Shown here: piece by piece, positions 56,959-64,000 of the stretch | How positions within the stretch are numbered: position 1 is the first letter of the stretch | How the letters are laid out: each line of letters opens with the position of its first letter | Virus record (IMG/VR): IMGVR_UViG_3300028392_000038 | Location: 32,001-96,000 of that record | From: a virus | Length of the DNA: 64,000 nucleotides | Strand: one strand, 5' to 3' | Program-made: the position numbers and the translations under genes | Notes under the pieces: model-generated | Databases searched by the model: none | What the model was told of the DNA's origin: nothing | The model's input: only the letters and a program-made list of their open reading frames with translations

Positions 56959-59900
56959 TTATGCAGTACTATCTAGTTTAGTATAAAGTTTACCAAGTTC
57001 TGTAGTTGTAATTAAATCCTTAGCATTAAATCCTAAATTAGATAATTCACTATTAAATGGAGACCAATAGTTAGGTATAAGACTCTTCTTAATCTCAAAG
57101 TGATGATATTCAACAACACCGTGTCCTTTGACAACACCATTCGCTGGATCACTACCACCCCATTCAGCACCCCAAGTTATATCACCTTGTGACTTAACCC
57201 ATGTCCATATAGCCTTGGTTAATTGAGGATCCGCCGCTAGATTTTTGTTATCTCCTATTCCTAACCAGTTAAGTTTAACACCTTGTTTGTTATAAACATA
57301 ATAATCTCTCTTATATGCTGGTCCAAATAATATATCAATAGCTAATCCTGATCCGTGTAATGATCCTGCAGCTCTTGCTCCTCCACCTTTTAATGAAGCA
57401 GCTAAATCTCTACAAATACCATTATTTCCTAACTTAGTTTTAAATCCTTGTGAAGTAAGATAAGCACCCAAATCATCAACTATCTTTATCAATCTATGTC
57501 CAGCGACACCTTGTCCACTACTAGCGATATATTTTAAACCACTTTTAGTTTTTACTAAAAGTTTTCCAGCTTTAAGTGGCTCCGTTGGTTTTGGAGCAAC
57601 TACAGTAGGTTGAGGAGTAGATGCAGTACTAGTTACTGGTTGAACTAAAGGAGGAGCATCTGTATTTGTCAAATCAGTTGGATTTGTTGTTTTCTCAACT
57701 TGATTATTTGGTGGAATAGCACCGTCCGCAGCTTCTTCAGCTAATATTTGTTCTTCATCAAATTCTTCTTTTGACACTTCTAACTCTCTCTTAATTAAAG
57801 AAACCTCTTGATTATAGGATCCTCCACTATAAATAAATTTTATCTCAGTTATAAACCAATCACCTGATATTCTTTCATTTTTAATTTTAGCAGATGGTGA
57901 AGATCCTTTATTTGTAAGTAGCAATACAACTTTTTGAAATCTATATAAATTATAATTTGGACTTGGTAATGTTAATTTAATTCCTATCTTTTGTAAGTCA
58001 TCTATATTTTGTGAGTTATGCACATATGAATAATTATAATTCGCATGTGCGTTATCAGGATCTAATTTACCAACATAAGTAGTATTAACATTTTCCTTAT
58101 AAAAATTTTCGTCCTGAGGAGATCCTTTCATAATAATTGATTTACTACCTTCTGATGTTATAGAGTCTATATCAAATATTAAATATTCCTTTTTAAAAGA
58201 ATCATAATATTTTGAGACATTCAAATAACCCTTTTCTAAAGAAACAGATGTTGAATTATTTAAAATTTTATATTCACTCACATATGAATCAGTCTCTTGA
58301 ACTGATCTATCATTACTTAATGATATTCTTTGAACTCTTTTATCATCACCTGTAACATCTTTACCAAATCCAGATGAATCAACTCCCTTATCTTCTGAAG
58401 CATCTCTTGATAATTCTTTTTCAATATCTACATAGTTAAAGTTATAGAAAAAGTCAATGTAACCATATGAAAACCCTTCATCAGAAATATATGAGTAAGA
58501 TAAAATTTCATCCATGAAATCATATACTTTCTGTCCTGTATTTATCCAAGTCATTTGATCTTTTGAATCGGTTATATTTGAATTGAATCCTAGACCAACT
58601 TCCTTACAAATATCTTGAAGAGCAAAAAAGCTAGTTTTTTTACTATATGATTTGAACTTACGTAAATGCAAACCATTAACATTTAAAACTCCTTTGATTG
58701 TATATACATCTCCGTTTACAGAAAAATTAGATATTTTAAATTCTAATAAAATATGTCTAATATTTTTTGTTCTAGATGATAAGAATATTTTTATTTTAGT
58801 ATCATCTAAAGGAAAACCCTTATCTTTCATCAAGTTCATACTATCTTTAAAAGATAAAGTTAGTGTTGGTAAAAGGCCACTATGATAAAGAGCAAAGTAT
58901 TCTATATCTCTATCATCAATTTGATAGGCATTATACCAAACAAAAGGTCTTGTACCGATATCAGATGCCCATTCTTTTAAGAATTTCTTAGACTCTCCTT
59001 TATGTTTTATTTTAATAGGTTCAACTTTAATAGTTGGAGGGAAAATGTTACTTAAACCAGGAGTTACCTCATCAATTTTTTGAGGATTATCTTCATTTTC
59101 ATCACCCTTAGAACTCTCTTGAGCTACCGGTTCATTAGATGGTGTAGTTGTAGTATCAACTGGAGAAGAAGCAGTCGCAGTTTGCACACCAGTGGTAGTT
59201 GGTGGAGTAACAGGAGTTGGTGGTATATTTGGATTTGGTGGTAAACTACCACCAGTTATCAGCTTATAAAAAAGAGGAGCTCTATTTCTAGCCTTTGTGA
59301 ACCCACCTAAAGTATCCTTAGGAAATACTATATCTCCATCACCACCAGTATAAATACCTTCTTCATAATGAAGAGCCACTGGTTTACCACCTTCAGTTTT
59401 ACCAGGACCAGCAGTTGATTGATATAAAATTCTTACAGCTGCTGCTATATCTTTTATACTATTCATAGTATCAATAGAACTATTACCTTTAGTAATACCA
59501 TATTGACTAAATAAAGTGGCTTTCATTGAACTAAAACTATTAATATAGTATTGGACAAGAGCTTTAGCTGCTGTATCCAAATTTTCCATTAACTCTGGTT
59601 TGGCATTTAAGTCTAAGTTTAATCCTTTTCCTATATTTTGATAGTTACCTCTAAAGGTTAACTGATTAAATCCTCTACCTCTGAATGTCCATCCATCTTG
59701 TGTTGGTGGAGCACCATTACCGTAGTTATCACCATATACAATACTAAAAAATTGTTTCTGGTCTGTCTTAATAACATCTATTTGAGCATCTGTATAAGAT
59801 TTAAATCTTTTTCCAAAAATAGTTCTAATTCTAGCAGCCGAAGTTGTAGCATATGAACCTTCTCCCTTTGGAACAAAATCAGATTCTTTAGAAACTATAC

Positions 59901-60027
59901 CACATAACCCAGCTTGAAATATTGCATTAGTAATACCTTTTTGCTTGCATGCGTTAACTACAAGAGAAATAGTATTCTTCTTAGTAAGTGATATGTTATT
60001 AAAATATTGTTGAGATTTAGATGCCAT
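56959..60027 (-). CDS. Baseplate hub-like protein with N-terminal GH19 and C-terminal M15-like peptidase domains
   Basis: KES..DGWTFRGRGFNQLT.RGNY; hub C-terminus SGDWFITEI..QEVSLIKRE; SLH..GLAID..WG.EW..EYHHFE. Confidence 0.75.
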   Translation of the reverse strand: MASKSQQYFNNISLTKKNTISLVVNACKQKGITNAIFQAGLCGIVSKESDFVPKGEGSYATTSAARIRTIFGKRFKSYTDAQIDVIKTDQKQFFSIVYGDNYGNGAPPTQDGWTFRGRGFNQLTFRGNYQNIGKGLNLDLNAKPELMENLDTAAKALVQYYINSFSSMKATLFSQYGITKGNSSIDTMNSIKDIAAAVRILYQSTAGPGKTEGGKPVALHYEEGIYTGGDGDIVFPKDTLGGFTKARNRAPLFYKLITGGSLPPNPNIPPTPVTPPTTTGVQTATASSPVDTTTTPSNEPVAQESSKGDENEDNPQKIDEVTPGLSNIFPPTIKVEPIKIKHKGESKKFLKEWASDIGTRPFVWYNAYQIDDRDIEYFALYHSGLLPTLTLSFKDSMNLMKDKGFPLDDTKIKIFLSSRTKNIRHILLEFKISNFSVNGDVYTIKGVLNVNGLHLRKFKSYSKKTSFFALQDICKEVGLGFNSNITDSKDQMTWINTGQKVYDFMDEILSYSYISDEGFSYGYIDFFYNFNYVDIEKELSRDASEDKGVDSSGFGKDVTGDDKRVQRISLSNDRSVQETDSYVSEYKILNNSTSVSLEKGYLNVSKYYDSFKKEYLIFDIDSITSEGSKSIIMKGSPQDENFYKENVNTTYVGKLDPDNAHANYNYSYVHNSQNIDDLQKIGIKLTLPSPNYNLYRFQKVVLLLTNKGSSPSAKIKNERISGDWFITEIKFIYSGGSYNQEVSLIKRELEVSKEEFDEEQILAEEAADGAIPPNNQVEKTTNPTDLTNTDAPPLVQPVTSTASTPQPTVVAPKPTEPLKAGKLLVKTKSGLKYIASSGQGVAGHRLIKIVDDLGAYLTSQGFKTKLGNNGICRDLAASLKGGGARAAGSLHGSGLAIDILFGPAYKRDYYVYNKQGVKLNWLGIGDNKNLAADPQLTKAIWTWVKSQGDITWGAEWGGSDPANGVVKGHGVVEYHHFEIKKSLIPNYWSPFNSELSNLGFNAKDLITTTELGKLYTKLDSTA

Positions 60028-60051
60028 TAATTATATATAATTTTAGATAGG

Positions 60052-60546
60052 TTATGATGGAAGTAAGCCACCACCTATAACAATATCTGGGCCAGTAATA
60101 CTAACAGCATTGGTCGGTGTTGATAACACGGTTGGTGGTAATGAATAATTCTGTTCAAGATAGTTCTTTCTATTATTATCTTTTCTAGTAGATTTATTTC
60201 TATTTAGTAGTCTTTGAACTACTTGTTTTTGTGTTTCTTCTACTCTGAATAAATTGATATCATCTTTTCCCGGATATTTAATAATATCTCCGTTTTTGAT
60301 ATTCAATGGGTTATCAATTCTATTAACATTTAATAAAATATCAACATATTCAGTAGTGCCATATATTCTATAACAAAGAATATCTATTCTCATCTCTTCA
60401 TCTGGTTGAACATACCAATAATTAAGATTAACATCTCTTCTACTAATAAAAGTACTTTGAGTTAGATCAAAAAAATACTCTTGACCTAATTCCTTGTCTA
60501 ACTTTTGTTTGACTCTTCTTACATTATCTAAATCATAAATTTTCAT
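60052..60546 (-). CDS. Baseplate wedge protein (gp53/LysM-like)
   Basis: YVQPDEEMRIDIL...IYG....DILL..N.IDNPLNIK.GDII. Confidence 0.8.
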   Translation of the reverse strand: MKIYDLDNVRRVKQKLDKELGQEYFFDLTQSTFISRRDVNLNYWYVQPDEEMRIDILCYRIYGTTEYVDILLNVNRIDNPLNIKNGDIIKYPGKDDINLFRVEETQKQVVQRLLNRNKSTRKDNNRKNYLEQNYSLPPTVLSTPTNAVSITGPDIVIGGGLLPS

Positions 60547-60563
60547 GTTATAAAATTATTTTA

Positions 60564-62591
60564 TTAAACAAGACCTTCATCTTCTCTATTTTGTAACTCA
60601 CTATTAATAGAAGCTTTTTCTTCTGTAAGAGATGTATATTTTGGATTTATTGTCGAGTATTGATATGTTGATCCAAAAGCATTAGTTCCTTTGTTAGTAA
60701 CAGTCTCAGATGTGTTTTTCAATTCATCATCTATTTTATTATTTCTATATTTTAAATCTTCATTAGAAGCTGCCCTTATTTGAGAATCTGTTAATGGTTT
60801 TGACTGACCTGTTTTACCAACATCAGGTAGACCACCAGTAGTGGGAACATTACCTTGTAGTTGAGGACCAATAACTGGATTTGGTTTAACATCATTAACA
60901 GCTGGTGTAGCAGGAGTACTTAACTCATTTGTATTTTTAACTTTATCTGGATCAATTTTAGAATTAGTATTTGATTCTTGACCAGAACCAACTGCAAATG
61001 TTTGATTAGATTGAGTTCCACCGGTATTTTGTGTTCCATCTGCAGTACTACCAGCATCAGCAGGTCCACCAATTGGTGTATTATCAGATGATTGTGTTGA
61101 TCCTGGAGGGGCAGGTGCTGTGTTATCAAGAGCAGCTGGTGTAAAATCTCCACCAGCAGTTTCCTGCCATGATGAAGGACCAGCTTTATAAGATCTTCCT
61201 TGACCTTGTGCAAATCTAGCCATTATTTCTTGAAGGCCTAGTGGTCTAGCATTGGTCATAGTAAACTCAGCAGTTATTCTAGATGGTAAATCATTGAATG
61301 CTAATGTTTCTCCAAATTTTATAGTTACTTCCTTCACAATCATATCACCTGAACAAAAAAGAGGTCTTTTAGGATTGCCTATAGTAACATGATATGTACC
61401 AGATGATTGACCAGTTAAAGCATTTATAATACCAAATATTCTAACCTCAAATTTCTTAACAATTCCAGTAATCACAGATAGTAGAGAATTGATAAATTTA
61501 TCAAAAATAGCACCACCATCAGGTTCCTCACTTTTTTCTGCATCATCTGTATCTTTTTTCTTACCAAGACCTAAAGCATCTAAAATAGTATTTTTTATTG
61601 CTTTTAGAGCTTTTACCGCGCCTTCTATTAAATCTGATATAGCTTGTTTCGGGTTATTTTTCATTTTTGTTAAAAACTCCTTAGCTTTTGTGCCAGCTTT
61701 TTCACCACCATTTAAAAAAAATACAGATTCTTGTGTACCAAATTTAGCAATATTACCTATAATATCATAAAATGCTTTAGTTGGATCTAACCCACCTATA
61801 AATTTTTGCTCATACTCAGCTACAACTTTTACTGATATAGAGCATTGTAAACCAGATCCAGTTTCATCATCAGCAATTGTTTTTCTCATCATAGCTTCTT
61901 TAATTAAATTTGGACTACCAGAAGGTATTGTATCAGCTCCTTTTTCATCAATAAGTCCAATATCTTTCATAATCTGTCTTTGCCATATTTCAGTAAATCC
62001 AGGAAGTGGAGTAATACCAAATCCACCAGCCGCGGCATCACCAGTACCACTTAGTCTAAATTGATCACCTATATCACTTAAAACTTTTTTAAATCCACTT
62101 TCTGCTGCTACCCATTCTTCACCAAATGATATATCAAAAAAATCTTCTCCTGGTTTTCTCCAAGTAACTATAGTAGAAACTGGAGTGGTTGCTTTAGATA
62201 AATCATTACCTACGGCAGCACCAAACTTTCTACAAACTATAAGTCTGTTGTTTGGATAAACGCCTAAAAATCTTAAATAAGCAAAATCCGCAGCTTTTAA
62301 TTGTACATTAGTTAGTGAATTTTTTGACCAATCAATTATTGATTGTGTTCTAACATCATATATGTCATTAGTATGTGGTTTTGGATCTACTTCTGATATT
62401 TGCTTTTCAAATTGACCATCTTCCGAATCTGGTTTGATTGGAAAATAAGCAACAGAATCACTACCATACATTGAATTTTCGTAATTAGTATTAGACTCAG
62501 GTTCACTTTTTTTTGAAATTCTATTATATTGAGTAGTTGCCTTATTCTTTTTAAAGTTAGGACTTGATACTAATCCAAGAGGTGATGACAT
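60564..62591 (-). CDS. Putative baseplate tail-tube cap/initiator protein
   Basis: DFAYL..LG..PNNRLI..RKF; YHVTIGNP.RP...GDM...DLP...ARP. Confidence 0.55.
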   Translation of the reverse strand: MSSPLGLVSSPNFKKNKATTQYNRISKKSEPESNTNYENSMYGSDSVAYFPIKPDSEDGQFEKQISEVDPKPHTNDIYDVRTQSIIDWSKNSLTNVQLKAADFAYLRFLGVYPNNRLIVCRKFGAAVGNDLSKATTPVSTIVTWRKPGEDFFDISFGEEWVAAESGFKKVLSDIGDQFRLSGTGDAAAGGFGITPLPGFTEIWQRQIMKDIGLIDEKGADTIPSGSPNLIKEAMMRKTIADDETGSGLQCSISVKVVAEYEQKFIGGLDPTKAFYDIIGNIAKFGTQESVFFLNGGEKAGTKAKEFLTKMKNNPKQAISDLIEGAVKALKAIKNTILDALGLGKKKDTDDAEKSEEPDGGAIFDKFINSLLSVITGIVKKFEVRIFGIINALTGQSSGTYHVTIGNPKRPLFCSGDMIVKEVTIKFGETLAFNDLPSRITAEFTMTNARPLGLQEIMARFAQGQGRSYKAGPSSWQETAGGDFTPAALDNTAPAPPGSTQSSDNTPIGGPADAGSTADGTQNTGGTQSNQTFAVGSGQESNTNSKIDPDKVKNTNELSTPATPAVNDVKPNPVIGPQLQGNVPTTGGLPDVGKTGQSKPLTDSQIRAASNEDLKYRNNKIDDELKNTSETVTNKGTNAFGSTYQYSTINPKYTSLTEEKASINSELQNREDEGLV

Positions 62592-62657
62592 TATATTAAT
62601 TAATTTTTATTATATATTAATTAATTATTAATCTCTATTAAATCTTATGTCTGATTA

Positions 62658-63047
62658 TTAATAATCACGAATAATTTGAGAATTACTGAACTTAGATAAG
62701 TTACCAAATACATCATCTATGTATTCTGGATTTTTTCTAAATTCATTATAAAATATCAAAACATTGAAGTTATTTTGACCGAGGATTTTTTTAAGGTTGA
62801 GAAGTTTTTCTATTGAGAATTCATTATCAAAGTCAGGTATGTAATAAATATCTTTCTTTTTATCTATGGCTTGTTGTATCTTTTGGAATATTAAAATCTT
62901 AAGATATGTTCTATCATTGGAAAAGTCTACCTGTTCCTCGTCTATAATCTTTTTAATATCAATTATATACTTATTCTTTACTCTATTAATTTTGATATAC
63001 TTATCAAACTTCTTTCTTGTTTTGCAATAGACGCAGAAAAACTCCAT
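62658..63047 (-). CDS. Hypothetical protein
   Basis: Start moved to ATG 63047 (MEFFCVYCKTRKK). Confidence 0.6.
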   Translation of the reverse strand: MEFFCVYCKTRKKFDKYIKINRVKNKYIIDIKKIIDEEQVDFSNDRTYLKILIFQKIQQAIDKKKDIYYIPDFDNEFSIEKLLNLKKILGQNNFNVLIFYNEFRKNPEYIDDVFGNLSKFSNSQIIRDY

Positions 63048-63156
63048 TAATACCCATATTTTTTGTATAATTAAAAATATATATAAAAATAAAATCTTCT
63101 CCTGGACATTTTTATTATAATTTGATTTTGATAAAAGGATTTTAATATATACAAAC

Positions 63157-64000
63157 ATGAAGAAGTACTCAGATAAGTTTTTAAACCAAACAAATAAATT
63201 AAAGAAAGCAAAGGTTGGCTTTGAGTTTGAATTTTATATGAAAGATATATCTTTCTATAAGACTTTAGAATTATTAAACCAAGAACTAAGTCCTGTTAAA
63301 GTTTGGGGTTTCAGACAATATCACTCTGATTTCACTCCAGATGAAAAGAATTTCAAAATTGAACCAGATTTATCAGGTGGATCTAACATGGTTGAATTAG
63401 TTACTGGTCCATTAGATTATTATGATGCTAAATATTATTTAATTAAAATAGTTAAATTTATTCAAAATTATGGATACACAAATGAAAAATCATCTGTGCA
63501 TTTTAACTTATCATTCAATGGTGATAAAAATCTTAATGACTTAAACACTCTTAAATTAATATTAAACACTGATGAAGATGAAATCTATAGAGTTTATCCA
63601 TCTAGAAAAGATAATGTTTACGCAAAATCTGTTAAGAAAATGATACCATTCAAAGAATATGATTTCTTTAATATATCAATTGATGTTGTTAAAAATAATT
63701 TAAGATTACCAAATGATAAGTATTATGGTATAAACTTCTTACACATTAACAATGAAAAAGAATCTCAAAGATTAGAGTTAAGATATATTGGCGGTAAAGA
63801 TTATGAAAAGAATATTGGTAACTTAATTTATTTTATGGATAGATTTATTATCAATGTTTATGATTCAATCGATGTGTCATTCAACTCAGAAGATATTATT
63901 AAATTAGAAGAACACTTAGAAAAAAATATTTCTCAGTTTAAAAATATTTCTAAGTATGATAACTTTATAGTAGATTTCCCAACTATTCAAATTCAAATAG
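63157..64000 (+). CDS. Putative amidoligase (COOH-NH2 ligase) family protein, truncated by the window end
   Basis: Not in ORF track. MKKYSDKF..KVGFEFEF..IEPDLSGG..ELVTGPL..GYTNEKSSVHFNLSF..KYYGINF..RLELRY.GG. Confidence 0.8.
   Translation, partial: MKKYSDKFLNQTNKLKKAKVGFEFEFYMKDISFYKTLELLNQELSPVKVWGFRQYHSDFTPDEKNFKIEPDLSGGSNMVELVTGPLDYYDAKYYLIKIVKFIQNYGYTNEKSSVHFNLSFNGDKNLNDLNTLKLILNTDEDEIYRVYPSRKDNVYAKSVKKMIPFKEYDFFNISIDVVKNNLRLPNDKYYGINFLHINNEKESQRLELRYIGGKDYEKNIGNLIYFMDRFIINVYDSIDVSFNSEDIIKLEEHLEKNISQFKNISKYDNFIVDFPTIQIQI

Noticed and set aside
16318-61770. Short antisense or out-of-frame ORFs (e.g. 16318, 17490, 33756, 45666, 52831, 58652, 61489)
   Set aside because: They lie within well-supported genes and show no motifs or promoter signals.
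1-64000. tRNA or rRNA genes
   Set aside because: Intergenic gaps are short and AT-rich; no cloverleaf or T-loop signature was seen by eye.

Overview
AT-rich, densely coding fragment of a large T4-like (myovirus-type) jumbo phage, standard genetic code. The host is most likely Bacteroidota, inferred from TAnnTTTG promoters and the near absence of Shine-Dalgarno sites. 1-16 kb (minus strand): virion fibre/appendage genes, including two Gly-Ser/Thr-Ser collagen-like proteins; one exceeds 2,329 aa and is missing from the ORF track. 16-53 kb: mixed-strand replication, accessory and host-like genes (nucleotidyltransferase, GH19 endolysin, MTase, WYL, PPK2, UvsY-like, aminotransferase, clamp-like, IF3, PolB, primase, HAD, ClpP, UvsW) with five free-standing endonuclease genes. 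53-63 kb: baseplate genes with fused peptidoglycan hydrolases, then a truncated amidoligase. Two replication genes are broken in unusual ways. (1) UvsW is fractured around a homing endonuclease, and its halves carry only non-catalytic split-intein remnants, a candidate splicing-free protein clasp. (2) The PolB C-terminal subunit has a 41-nt GNRA hairpin inserted exactly between Y and G of motif B, so it needs ribosomal bypass or RNA excision to be functional. The window also shows three promoter classes, apparently pervasive leaderless genes, and two short peptide tags shared by unrelated proteins. All family assignments are by-eye motif recognition; no searches were run.
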